In this document: positions 29,797-39,605 of the stretch, in pieces
How the letters are laid out: each line of letters opens with the position of its first letter
Numbering within the stretch: position 1 is the stretch's first letter
NCBI GenBank assembly: GCA_963681965.1
Contig: OY820579.1
Span: forward strand, 896,001-960,000
Length of the DNA: 64,000 nt
DNA from: a bacterium
GTDB lineage: Bacteria; Electryoneota; JAOADG01
Reading direction: 5' to 3'
The notes under the pieces: generated by a model
Database searches by the model: none
What the model saw: only the letters and a program-made list of their open reading frames with translations
What the model was told of the DNA's origin: nothing
Made by a program: the position numbers and the translations under genes

Positions 29797-30513
29797 TTAT
29801 AGCATGAATCCGGCTTTTTTACCGTCGTTGTAGAACATTTGAACCGTCTCAAGCGAGTAGTCGTCAAGATTTTTGTCCACCAGCGCCAGCTTGGCAAGCA
29901 CATCCGGGGTCACGGTGATGATATGACAGCCGATGCTGTCCGCTTGAAAGACATTCAGCAATTCGCGTGGACTTGCCCAAATCAATTCCAATCCGGGATG
30001 AGGGCGCATCAGTTCAATCGCGGCAGCCATCATCGGAATGGGATCGCGACCGGTATCGGCGATACGACCGGCAAATACCGAAATATAACTGGATGAACTT
30101 CCAGCAAGGCACTTAGCGGTTTCCGCGACTTGCGACAAAGTCATGAGCGCCGTCACATTCAATTTCAAACCACGACCGGCGAGTTTTTCAATCAATGGAT
30201 AGGAAGGTTCGCGTTTAGTATTGGTGATTGGAATCTTGACATACACATTGTCGCCCCAACTGGAAATAATCAGCGCTTGTCGCTCCATTTCCGCAAAATC
30301 GTCGGCGAACACTTCAAATGAAATCGGTCGATCCGGAACCGCCTCGACCAATTGCTTGGCAAATCCCGCGTAATCGGTCAACCCGGCTTTTTTCATCAGG
30401 GTCGGATTTGTCGTAAAGCCTTTGATATAAGGCTTGGCATACAAATCCAGGATGCTGGCAATATCGGCACCGTCACCGAATAATTTGACTTTCAGATCGT
30501 AAGGGCTTCTCAT
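29797..30513 (-). CDS. tal: Transaldolase family protein
   Basis: GFTTNPTL, YVKIP (Schiff-base Lys), NVTA, SVFAGRIAD and WASPRE; ATGA overlap with gmhB. Confidence 0.88.
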   Translation of the reverse strand: MRSPYDLKVKLFGDGADIASILDLYAKPYIKGFTTNPTLMKKAGLTDYAGFAKQLVEAVPDRPISFEVFADDFAEMERQALIISSWGDNVYVKIPITNTKREPSYPLIEKLAGRGLKLNVTALMTLSQVAETAKCLAGSSSSYISVFAGRIADTGRDPIPMMAAAIELMRPHPGLELIWASPRELLNVFQADSIGCHIITVTPDVLAKLALVDKNLDDYSLETVQMFYNDGKKAGFML

Positions 30514-31049
30514 GAACGAACTCCAAGTTGCAATAAAATCCAGTCGACTGCCTCGTTGAAATTGGTCACAGTGCAATCGGGAACTACCGACATCGGTTCA
30601 TCGTAACGATAGTCGATAAAAACGGTTTTACATCCCGCCGCCTGACCGGCAGCAATATCGCGCCAGCGATCGCCGATCAAAAAACTTTGCGAAAGATCGA
30701 TGTTGTATTTTGACGCTGCAGCGGTCATCATGCCCGGTTTCGGTTTTCGGCAGTCGCATTGGTGCGAATCGTCGTGCGGGCAGATATATACCTCGTCCAT
30801 CGGCAGTGTATCGTAAATTCGCTGGTGAAAGGCATCGACGATTTTCGAATCTTGTTTTCCGCGTGCGATATCGGGTTGATTCGTTACGATGAACAGGCGA
30901 AAACCGGATTGCTTTAAATTCTGGCAGCCTTGAATTACACCCGGTAGAAACTCGAATTGTTCCAGCGTATCGGGTGGGTACGGTTTACCGTTGCGAACGA
31001 TCGAGCGATTGATCACACCGTCGCGATCCATAAAGACAGCACGATCCAT
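30510..31049 (-). CDS. gmhB: Heptose 1,7-bisphosphate phosphatase (HAD-IIIA)
   Basis: DRDGVIN, TNQPD, CPH....CDCRKPKPG and IGDRWRD. Confidence 0.88.
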   Translation of the reverse strand: MDRAVFMDRDGVINRSIVRNGKPYPPDTLEQFEFLPGVIQGCQNLKQSGFRLFIVTNQPDIARGKQDSKIVDAFHQRIYDTLPMDEVYICPHDDSHQCDCRKPKPGMMTAAASKYNIDLSQSFLIGDRWRDIAAGQAAGCKTVFIDYRYDEPMSVVPDCTVTNFNEAVDWILLQLGVRS

Positions 31050-31651
31050 CACGGTTTCATCGACTCCCATTTGGTGCCTTTGACCTGTAAATCGGGATGC
31101 GATACGAACATATGCCAGATGACGGCATGGAACGCTTCAGTGAGTGGAGTGATGAGTGACGATTCAATTGTCGGTACGATCACACACGCATCGGCAACTT
31201 TCGCGGTATAACCGCCGTCGCGACCGACGATACCGATAATTCTTGCACCAACTTCTTTCGCGAGTTGTAATGCTAGAACTAAATTTGGGCTGACATTGCG
31301 TTCGAGATCGCCGCCACCTACCGAATAGATCAAGATGGCGTCGTTAGCAGACAACTTGCTGATGCGCAACCATTCGACAAATACCGTTTGCCAACCTTCG
31401 TCGTTGGTTCGGGCGGTTAATTCGGAAACATTGTCGGTCGGGGCATAGGTCTCGATACCGGCTAGCTTGCGAAAGTCATTAACAGCGTGAGTCGCATTTC
31501 CCGCGCTTCCACCGACACCGAGAATGAATAATCGTCCACCACGATTGCGAACGGCTACCAGTTGGTCCAATACACTTCGGATCGCGGATTGATCCAACTT
31601 TTCAACAACCTCGGTCACGGCTTTCAAATAGCGGTCGATAAATAAATCCAC
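31049..31651 (-). CDS. gmhA: Sedoheptulose-7-phosphate isomerase-like SIS protein
   Basis: GVGGSAGNATH, TARTND and GRDGG; GTG start after GGAGG. Confidence 0.82.
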   Translation of the reverse strand: MDLFIDRYLKAVTEVVEKLDQSAIRSVLDQLVAVRNRGGRLFILGVGGSAGNATHAVNDFRKLAGIETYAPTDNVSELTARTNDEGWQTVFVEWLRISKLSANDAILIYSVGGGDLERNVSPNLVLALQLAKEVGARIIGIVGRDGGYTAKVADACVIVPTIESSLITPLTEAFHAVIWHMFVSHPDLQVKGTKWESMKP

Positions 31652-31776
31652 ATTCCCTCCTACATCCAATCGGTAATGTATAACAGAATAGGAAATGAGT
31701 GCAAGTAGGAACAGTTTGCGCCGCACTAGGGGCGCGGCGCGGGCTTGGTACTTGCTTGTCGGCTAGTGGATGATAA

Positions 31777-32760
31777 TCAGTTTGAGATAATTTTCGCACC
31801 CTCGGAATCGAATCGAAATGGCATATAGCGCAATTTCATTTTCGATTCCAGCGCGTGAATCAGCTTTCCGCGTTCTTTTGGACAGTAGAACAGGAAGAAG
31901 CCGCCGCCACCTGCTCCCATGATTTTACCGCCAACCGCACCGTTTTGTAATGCCAATTCGTAACATTCGTCAATAAATGGATCGGAAATCTTATTGGATA
32001 ACTTCTTCTTCGTATCCCAGTGTTCGCGTAACAGTTCGCCGAATGCATCCAGATTCCCGGATTCAAACGCTCGTCGCGTTTCGTACCCAATTTCCTTAAT
32101 TCGGTGGAGTCGATTCAACGTGTTGGTGTCGTCTTGTTTCGATTTTTCACTCTGAACACGCAGAATATCCGATGCGCTACGCTCGATCCCGGTATAAAAC
32201 AACATAATGTTGCTTTCAAGTTCGAGAATTTTTTCGTGAGTAATTTTTAACGGTTCGACCGTGACCGTTCCATCGTGATCGAATGTCAGACAGGTCAGAC
32301 CGCCGTAAGTTGCCATGTATTGGTCTTGTTTACCGGTCGGTTCGTGGCAAATCTCCATTTCGAGATGGCATGCTTTTTCGGCTAGTTCGTGTAAACCCAA
32401 ATAGTTACGATTGTAGGCGTGAAGCCCATTGAGCAACGCTACCGTGAATGTTGCAGAAGAACCCAATCCGCAATTTGATGGTACGTCTGCCATTGAGACG
32501 ATCTCAATCTGCGTCTTGATCCCCATCATTGTAAGCGATTCGCGGAACAGTTTGTGTTCGATTTGCTCGACCGAATCGACAATTTCGGTTTTCGAATAAC
32601 TAAGCCGTATACGTTCGTGAAAACATCGATTAATTGCGATATAAATGTGCTTGTCGATACCGGCTGCTATAAGAAAACCGCCAAACTTGGAGTAATAAGA
32701 AGGGAGATCGGTACCACCGCCGCCAAGTGAAATGCGGACCGGTGCTCGAGAGACAATCAT
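31777..32760 (-). CDS. hddA: D-glycero-alpha-D-manno-heptose-7-phosphate kinase (GHMP family)
   Basis: RAPVRISLGGGGTD, GLGSSA, GKQDQY and GAGGGGF. Confidence 0.88.
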   Translation of the reverse strand: MIVSRAPVRISLGGGGTDLPSYYSKFGGFLIAAGIDKHIYIAINRCFHERIRLSYSKTEIVDSVEQIEHKLFRESLTMMGIKTQIEIVSMADVPSNCGLGSSATFTVALLNGLHAYNRNYLGLHELAEKACHLEMEICHEPTGKQDQYMATYGGLTCLTFDHDGTVTVEPLKITHEKILELESNIMLFYTGIERSASDILRVQSEKSKQDDTNTLNRLHRIKEIGYETRRAFESGNLDAFGELLREHWDTKKKLSNKISDPFIDECYELALQNGAVGGKIMGAGGGGFFLFYCPKERGKLIHALESKMKLRYMPFRFDSEGAKIISN

Positions 32761-32890
32761 CGGGTGCCTTTACTAGCTAAGTTAGATATTGAAAATAGAT
32801 CGTTACTCAGCGAAAACGCAATATAACGAAAACCCAATTATAGTGCAAATAGATGTTTGTTTAGGCTGAATTTGAATATATTTTAGCAAT

Positions 32891-34426
32891 ATGACAGAAC
32901 ACCTAACTTCACATGATCTAGACCGGTTAAGTCGGCTTGGAATTGCACCGGAATCGGCAAACAATCAGCTAAGGCTGCTGCATGAAGGTGTGCCACCGCT
33001 TGTTCCGGTGCGCACTTGCACGATTTCCGATGGAATTCGGCAAGCATCGGCACAACAAGTTACCGACTGGTTGGAGATTTGTCGGACTGCAGTTTGCGAG
33101 GGAAAGGTAACCCTGTTTATTCCCGCGTCCGGGAATGCTTCGCGGATGTTTAGCATGCTTGAAAATGTTCGTCGGCGAATCATTACACTCACTCGCGACA
33201 ATCTTACAAGTGCCGTTCAAGCAGGTGATAAAACCGCATCAGACGTACAAAACTTCTTATTTAATATTTCAAAATTACCGTTTTACAATCGATTATCCGA
33301 TTGTTGCACGAAAAATGGTACTGAACTCACAAGTTTGCTGAATTTCGGTGAGTATAATCGAATTCTGGATTTACTCCTCGATGAGAATGGGTTAGGCTAC
33401 TCAAGCCTTCCCAAAGCCTTGATCGACTTTCAAGCGTATCCACAAGAAACACGCTCATTTGCCGTCGAAAACGCGGCTGCTGCATCGGAATGGGGAGTGG
33501 ATCGGAACTGTGCTACCCGGATACATTTTTCTGTACCAGAGGGTTATCAGAGTCGATTTGAGCTGCAAATTCACGAATACGAGAAACAACACCCCGAGCG
33601 ATCTTTTAGTTGCGGTTATTCCACACAATCCCCCGCAACCGACACATTATCGCTCGATCAATACGGCAATTTGCTACGTGATGCCAACAATGAATTGGTA
33701 TTGCGCCCCGGTGGTCACGGCGCATTGCTTCAAAACCTCAGACTGATTGAATCCGAAGTGATCTATATTAAAACGATCGAGAATATCGTTCCAGATCATA
33801 AGGGTGTAGATCGCAATCGTCATCGAAAAATCGTTACCGGATGTCTGATCGAACTGAAATCGCAAATCGATCGATGGCTAGCTCGAATGTCGTCTGGTGT
33901 TGGCATTACCTCTGAAGAAGCAAAAGGAATTTCGGATTGGATTGTCGATTGGTTTGGAGTCACCTGTCCAATCGAAGTGCAAAGCGATCTACGAAATTGG
34001 ACGCAGTGGTTGATCGATCGATTGGATCGCCCGATGTCGGTAGCGGGTATGGTGCCGAATACCGGTGAACCGGGTGGGGGTCCGTATTGGGTAAAGATGC
34101 CCGATCAAACAATTCTTCCACAAATTGTCGAACAGAATCAGCTTGGTGATGACAATGATGAGTTGATTAAATGCTCAACGCATTTCAATGCTACCGAGAT
34201 CGCTTGTTCGATTCGAAATCGACACGGCGAACTCTACGATTTGTCCCATTTTCTCGAACCAAGTATGGCGATGATTGTCGAAAAACAGTTCCGTGAGAAA
34301 ACGATTCGATGTTTGGAATTGCCGGGACTGTGGAATGGTTCGATGGCGTATTGGAATCGCGTATTTCTTGAAATCGATATCCCCGAATTTCTCCCGATCA
34401 AGACAGTAATGGATTGGCTGAGATAA
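32891..34426 (+). CDS. DUF4301 family protein (nucleotidyltransferase-like fold)
   Basis: FIPASGNASRMF, LPKALI, RPGGHGAL, GEPGGGPYW, THFN and ELPGLWNGSMAYW. Confidence 0.85.
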   Translation: MTEHLTSHDLDRLSRLGIAPESANNQLRLLHEGVPPLVPVRTCTISDGIRQASAQQVTDWLEICRTAVCEGKVTLFIPASGNASRMFSMLENVRRRIITLTRDNLTSAVQAGDKTASDVQNFLFNISKLPFYNRLSDCCTKNGTELTSLLNFGEYNRILDLLLDENGLGYSSLPKALIDFQAYPQETRSFAVENAAAASEWGVDRNCATRIHFSVPEGYQSRFELQIHEYEKQHPERSFSCGYSTQSPATDTLSLDQYGNLLRDANNELVLRPGGHGALLQNLRLIESEVIYIKTIENIVPDHKGVDRNRHRKIVTGCLIELKSQIDRWLARMSSGVGITSEEAKGISDWIVDWFGVTCPIEVQSDLRNWTQWLIDRLDRPMSVAGMVPNTGEPGGGPYWVKMPDQTILPQIVEQNQLGDDNDELIKCSTHFNATEIACSIRNRHGELYDLSHFLEPSMAMIVEKQFREKTIRCLELPGLWNGSMAYWNRVFLEIDIPEFLPIKTVMDWLR

Positions 34427-34481
34427 TTATTCCGAAGAGTATTGATGCTCATTGAACCGATCCGATCCAACACATAAAGGT

Positions 34482-34511
34482 AACCTCACTGAGAATCAGT
34501 GAGGTTTTTTT
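34482..34511 (+). terminator. Intrinsic terminator
   Basis: AACCTCACTGA-GAA-TCAGTGAGGTT followed by TTTTT. Confidence 0.75.
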
Positions 34512-34705
34512 GTGCAAAATTACACGAATTTACTCGATGTTTATCGATATTTTTTCAATACCCCAGTAATAACACTCGATTTATTAAATAATTCTACCCA
34601 TCACTTAATTTTTAAGTGTTTATTGGTACAGTACTTGTTGAAATATGATAAATGTTGTATTATTTGTATCAATACTAACGAACTTATGTTTAACCGAGGT
34701 GAATT

Positions 34706-35152
34706 ATGCGTCTTACGCTGGCTGGTGAATATGCCATTCGCGCAATGTTGTTTTTGGCAGATCAACCGACTGATCGTCGGGTTCAAATCTCTGAAATTGC
34801 CGAGACGGGTTCGATCCCGGAAAACTTCTTGCGGAACATTGTATTGAAGTTGGCAAAGAATCAATTAATTCAAACCCATCGCGGAGCGGGAGGTGGTGTC
34901 AAATTGCTTCGCCCGGCGTCTGAAGTGACACTACTCGATGTGATCGAAGCGGTTGAAGGCAAGTTATCGCTTAATCATTGTCTTGTACAGGCGCAAGAAT
35001 TTTGCGGTCGAACGGAGTGGTGCTCGGTTCATTTAATTTGGTCGGTAGCGCAATCGAAAATGATCGAGGAACTCACTGCGACTTCGCTTGCTGAATTGGT
35101 CATCGCAAACAAACAACGGTTTGCGGAAACAGTATGTTATCGGAGTAAATAA
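34706..35152 (+). CDS. Rrf2-family regulator with three Cys (putative Fe-S)
   Basis: EYAIRAM, RGAGGG, TLLDVIEAVEG and C-x7-C-x5-C. Confidence 0.92.
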   Translation: MRLTLAGEYAIRAMLFLADQPTDRRVQISEIAETGSIPENFLRNIVLKLAKNQLIQTHRGAGGGVKLLRPASEVTLLDVIEAVEGKLSLNHCLVQAQEFCGRTEWCSVHLIWSVAQSKMIEELTATSLAELVIANKQRFAETVCYRSK

Positions 35153-35154
35153 TC

Positions 35155-36483
35155 ATGTTTGAAACGGAGATGCTATCCCGCATTCAATTTGCCATGACTG
35201 CAGGATTTCATTTTTTATTTCCTCCACTTTCGATCGGACTGGCTTGGTTGCTGGTAATTATCGAGTGGAAAGGATGGAAAAAGAACGACGACGAGTACGT
35301 TCGATTAGGCAAATTCTTTGGTAAGATCTTCGGATTAACATTTGCCGTGGGTGTCGCTACCGGTATCGTGATGGAATTTCAGTTCGGCACGAACTGGGAT
35401 CGCTATTCGAAATTTGTCGGTGACATTTTTGGCGCACCGCTAGCTGCCGAAGCACTATTTTCATTCTTCCTCGAATCGAGTTTCCTTGGTTTGTATATGT
35501 TCGGTCGCGGACGGGTGTCGAAACGAACACATTGGATTTCATCGCTAATGGTTGCGATTGGCGCGACATTATCTGCGCTTTGGATTATCATTGCCAATTC
35601 ATGGCAACAGACGCCGGCGGGATTTATCGTGCGAAACAATCGAGCAGAATTGAACGACTTCTTCGCGGCAGCATTCAATCCTTCTACCTTCCAACGATAT
35701 TTCCATACTGTAGATGCGGCGCTGATCGCAGGCGCGTTTCTGATGGCGGGAGTCTCGGCGTATTTATTGTTAAAAAATTCACGCGATCCACTTGCGCGAA
35801 AGTCGCTCCGACTGGCTGTTTACTTCGGATTGATTGTTGCATTGTTGGAAGTGTTCCCGTTCGGTCATGAATCCGGTCGTCAAGTTGCTGCCACGCAGCC
35901 GGAAAAGTTCGCGGCAATCATGGGCGTCTATACTTCCCAAACACATGCGCCGATCGCGCTGTTTGCCGTTCCTTTCGATCATCCACCGGAGTTGAAAGCG
36001 AAAATCGAGATTCCAGGTCTACTAAGCTGGTTGGCATTTGGAGACATTAATGCAAAAGTAAAAGGGATCAACGAATTTCCACCGGACGAGCTACCACCAC
36101 TGTTTACGACTTTCGTCTCTTATCACAACATGGTAGTGTTGGGTATGTACTTCATCGGGATCATGGCGCTCTCGGCATGGCTGATCCGCAGCAACAAGAT
36201 CTGGGATAAACGATGGTTGCTGAAGCTTCTAGTGATTTCGATTCCACTACCGCTGGTGGCTTGTCAATTCGGCTGGGTTGCTGCTGAAGTTGGGCGACAG
36301 CCGTGGATCGTTTATAAGTTGATGAAGACCAAAGATGCATTTTCGGCAACGCTTTCTGCTGGTGAAGTGTTGTTTTCGATTGTACTCTTTGGATTGATCT
36401 ACTTGTTTCTGCTCGCGATGTACATCTTCCTGTTGAAAAAGAAGATCGATGTGGGTCCGGAAACTGCTGGAAAGGGGGTATGA
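35155..36483 (+). CDS. cydA: Cytochrome bd oxidase subunit I
   Basis: RIQFA..FHFLF, EFQFGTNW, QPEKFAA and GRQPW. Confidence 0.96.
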   Translation: MFETEMLSRIQFAMTAGFHFLFPPLSIGLAWLLVIIEWKGWKKNDDEYVRLGKFFGKIFGLTFAVGVATGIVMEFQFGTNWDRYSKFVGDIFGAPLAAEALFSFFLESSFLGLYMFGRGRVSKRTHWISSLMVAIGATLSALWIIIANSWQQTPAGFIVRNNRAELNDFFAAAFNPSTFQRYFHTVDAALIAGAFLMAGVSAYLLLKNSRDPLARKSLRLAVYFGLIVALLEVFPFGHESGRQVAATQPEKFAAIMGVYTSQTHAPIALFAVPFDHPPELKAKIEIPGLLSWLAFGDINAKVKGINEFPPDELPPLFTTFVSYHNMVVLGMYFIGIMALSAWLIRSNKIWDKRWLLKLLVISIPLPLVACQFGWVAAEVGRQPWIVYKLMKTKDAFSATLSAGEVLFSIVLFGLIYLFLLAMYIFLLKKKIDVGPETAGKGV

Positions 36484-36484
36484 G

Positions 36485-37504
36485 ATGCTCGATCTAAATA
36501 CGATTTGGTTTTTGTTGATTGGCGTATTGATCGTCGGGTATGCCATCCTTGACGGATTCGATCTGGGTGTCGGCGTTTTACATCTATTCACCAAGGGTGA
36601 AAAAGAAAAACGTACCAATCTGAATGCAATCGGTCCGGTGTGGGATGGTAATGAGGTTTGGCTGTTGACCGCTGGTGGTGCCTTATTTGCAGCCTTCCCT
36701 GCGGTTTATGCGACTGTATTTACCGGTTTCTATCTAGCGTTAATGCTGTTGCTGGTTGCACTGATCTTTCGTGCAGTGGCGATGGAATTTCGCAGTAAAG
36801 TCGAAGCACCCTCATGGCGAAATTTTTGGGATAAAGCATTCGGCATCGGTTCGCTCCTTCCGGCAATTCTGTTTGGTGTTGCGGTGGGCAATATTCTTCG
36901 CGGTGTACCAGTCGATGCAAATGGAACCTATACTGGAACCTTTCTCCAATTGCTGAACCCATACTCGATCCTGATCGGTCTGGTCAGTCTGGCGTTTTTT
37001 GTGGCTCATGGTGCGATTTATTTGACTCTAAAAGCCGGAGACGAATATCGCGATCAAATTGCAGCGAAGATTCCAAAGCTTTGGGCGGTATTTGAAATTT
37101 TATATCTGGTGGCAACATTCGCAACAGTTTATGTTTCACCGTTTCTGTTCGAAGGTATGAGCACCAGTATTTTATTCTGGGTGTTTATCGGCTTGCTGCT
37201 GGCAGCAATCGGAAATATCAATGTTGCAGTAAAAGCAAAGAAATATTTCTTGGCACTGATTTCGTCGTCAGCCACGATCGCTGCGATGATCGGATTGGCG
37301 GCAGTCGGTATGTTCCCGCGATTGGTACCGTCGAGTATCGATTTGCGGTACAGTTTGACAGCGACGAATTCGGCTTCCAGTGAATACACACTGACGATTA
37401 TGCTGATCATTGCCGCAATCGGCGTTCCGATAGTGTTGGCGTATACCTTCTTTATCTACCGTGTATTCAAAGGGAAAGTTGTTATCGGCGACGAGAGTTA
37501 TTGA
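36485..37504 (+). CDS. cydB: Cytochrome bd oxidase subunit II
   Basis: LDGFDLGVG and GPVWDGNEVWL. Confidence 0.96.
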   Translation: MLDLNTIWFLLIGVLIVGYAILDGFDLGVGVLHLFTKGEKEKRTNLNAIGPVWDGNEVWLLTAGGALFAAFPAVYATVFTGFYLALMLLLVALIFRAVAMEFRSKVEAPSWRNFWDKAFGIGSLLPAILFGVAVGNILRGVPVDANGTYTGTFLQLLNPYSILIGLVSLAFFVAHGAIYLTLKAGDEYRDQIAAKIPKLWAVFEILYLVATFATVYVSPFLFEGMSTSILFWVFIGLLLAAIGNINVAVKAKKYFLALISSSATIAAMIGLAAVGMFPRLVPSSIDLRYSLTATNSASSEYTLTIMLIIAAIGVPIVLAYTFFIYRVFKGKVVIGDESY

Positions 37505-37517
37505 TTATCGGGTTATC

Positions 37518-37627
37518 GTATCTCATGAAAAGAAGTTGTTATCGGTAGTAGGGGCGGACCCCCGCGTCCGCCCGCAGGTCAGGCGAAGCCTGACACCGAA
37601 TCATGACAACTAATTTTTAAGAACCAC
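37518..37627. mobile_element. MITE-like element, copy 3
   Basis: Near-identical to copies 1 and 2. Confidence 0.75.
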
Positions 37628-37639
37628 AATAATCCAAAC

Positions 37640-37670
37640 AAAACGAGCGCTCATCTAGAGCGCTCGTTTT
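37640..37670. terminator. Bidirectional terminator
   Basis: AAAACGAGCGCTC-ATCTA-GAGCGCTCGTTTT. Confidence 0.75.
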
Positions 37671-37692
37671 ATATTTTATGAATGTAATTCAG

Positions 37693-39474
37693 TTATCGAA
37701 GCAGCGTGATCGATCGCGTAATTGTTTCCCTTCCGACTTTACACTGCAGCAGGTATGTTCCCGAAGCAAGAGTATTGCGATGAATCGACAACCGGTGCGA
37801 ACCACTTTCCAGCATACCCCAGGAATATTGTGCTACTGATTGACCGGACGTGTTGTAAAGCGTTCCAGTGACCGGTGCCGCCTGTGGAAGTGTGAGGATG
37901 AGTGCCGTTTCGGCATTGAACGGATTGGGATATGGTTCCGATATCTTGATTGAAGTCGGTAGCGAAACCTCGTTTTTCACTCCGGTATTGGGTGCGATTG
38001 TAAAACGTTGTGTTGATTCGATCGTCGTATCGGGAAAACTGGAATGACCTGTGACCCACCATGAAATCGATTGTCCGATTTGGAAAAATGGGAGAGTCGC
38101 AACATTAAAATCGAGGTTGTTCTCCGAGCTACGAGGGATCGATGTCGAGTCGTGATCTATTTTCAGCCAAAGTCGATACTCGACAGAGTCGGCATAATTC
38201 GGGTCGATCAGGGTTGTCCATGAGAAGTGCATTGCTTCCCACGATGCGATCGAGCTGTTCGAAGGAGTCAACAACTCAATTTGACCGGTTGGCGGTAGCG
38301 GATTACTGATGTAGAAAATTCCATTCGACGATACAAGTGTGGAATTCCCGTGATTGTCGGTAGCACGAACACTCCAAACATAAGGGGTCTCTTCAATCTG
38401 GAGTGTCGTAGTATAGGTCGTGTCGCGATCGATCATCACCGAGTCGCGGAAATCGGGGTAGTTCAACATCCATTTTGTTACCGTATAGGTGACGGTATCT
38501 TCGGGATTGGGATCGATCGCCCGTCGCCAACGGAATACAATTCGATGATCGGTAATGCGACCATTGGGTTCCACAAGATCGAATGGTTCCGGTGGACGCG
38601 AAACATCCATCAAAATCGAAAAGGCTTCATTCGACCATCGGGCATTCCCGTGATTGTCATACGCGCGAACTTTCCAGAAATTGCGTACCCCATTTTGGAA
38701 AATACTGATTTGAGCGGAACCACCATCGATTGCATCGGTACTATCGCGAGTACGGAAAAGCGAATCGGTTGAAGTGAAAACCTTGTAGCTGACGATGTCA
38801 CCAGCGTTCGGATCGCCATTCGTTTCCCACGAAAGCGCAACCGGTTGTGAACCGATAAATGTATCGGGTGGCGGAGTACGGAGTGAGAAGAAATTAGGTG
38901 GCATTTGCCCGGCAAATTCTCGAATGGTGTCGACTCGAGTGTAGGCATATTCTCCCGTCTGGTCGCCGTTGTTGTTGCAGGCAAGACCACAGATGTATAA
39001 CAACATCGGTCCTGACAATACCGGTGGTGCTTGCCAGGTAAATTGCCAAGTCACGGGACCGGTAGCAGTGCCCCGGAAGTTTCCCGCGGTAGTTTGATTG
39101 ACGAAATCGCGAGCAGCAGTGGTATCGGTACTAACCGAAACATTGGTGTTGCTGCTGGAGACAGTGCCGCCACGTGTGGCTGGTGTTTGAGTATTAAGGA
39201 TGGTTGCTTGCATACCCCAGCGGTACATCCGGATCTGACGAAGCGTAACGATAATATTGTAAGTTTGACCGGGGATGTAACCATTGATTGGATAACCGGC
39301 AACCGACATCGTACCGATCGTGCTGTTGACCGGATTACCGGAATGACACGCTGAACAATTGCGCGGAGTTGTCGGTGTATTGCAGTAATTTTGGTTGCCC
39401 ATTCCTTCGGAATGTGCGAGGCAGAGTGAGGATAGCGAGAGCAGTATTTCTGCTATTACGATCATGCGTTTCAT
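37693..39474 (-). CDS. T9SS cargo with N-terminal Reeler/choice-of-anchor V-like domain (CxxCH) and three FN3-like domains
   Basis: Signal peptide, CSACH, GYIPGQTY, WQFTWQAP, ACNNNGDQTGE; C-terminal PYPNPFN...ASGTYLL. Confidence 0.82.
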   Translation of the reverse strand: MKRMIVIAEILLSLSSLCLAHSEGMGNQNYCNTPTTPRNCSACHSGNPVNSTIGTMSVAGYPINGYIPGQTYNIIVTLRQIRMYRWGMQATILNTQTPATRGGTVSSSNTNVSVSTDTTAARDFVNQTTAGNFRGTATGPVTWQFTWQAPPVLSGPMLLYICGLACNNNGDQTGEYAYTRVDTIREFAGQMPPNFFSLRTPPPDTFIGSQPVALSWETNGDPNAGDIVSYKVFTSTDSLFRTRDSTDAIDGGSAQISIFQNGVRNFWKVRAYDNHGNARWSNEAFSILMDVSRPPEPFDLVEPNGRITDHRIVFRWRRAIDPNPEDTVTYTVTKWMLNYPDFRDSVMIDRDTTYTTTLQIEETPYVWSVRATDNHGNSTLVSSNGIFYISNPLPPTGQIELLTPSNSSIASWEAMHFSWTTLIDPNYADSVEYRLWLKIDHDSTSIPRSSENNLDFNVATLPFFQIGQSISWWVTGHSSFPDTTIESTQRFTIAPNTGVKNEVSLPTSIKISEPYPNPFNAETALILTLPQAAPVTGTLYNTSGQSVAQYSWGMLESGSHRLSIHRNTLASGTYLLQCKVGRETITRSITLLR

Positions 39475-39605
39475 AACTTGCTCCATCAACATTGCATACG
39501 GTTTAAAGAACGATGTGCCGGAAGGAACTATTTACTCCCGGCTGTAGTGGTAGTTGAAAGAATTTTTTAATCGGATTCAGCAATCAACAATACTATTACC
39601 CGGGG

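Noticed and set aside
34531-34580. TCGAT-GTTT-ATCGA palindrome and ACTCGAT repeat as an Rrf2 operator
   Set aside because: Built from TCGA, which is over-represented throughout; needs comparative support.
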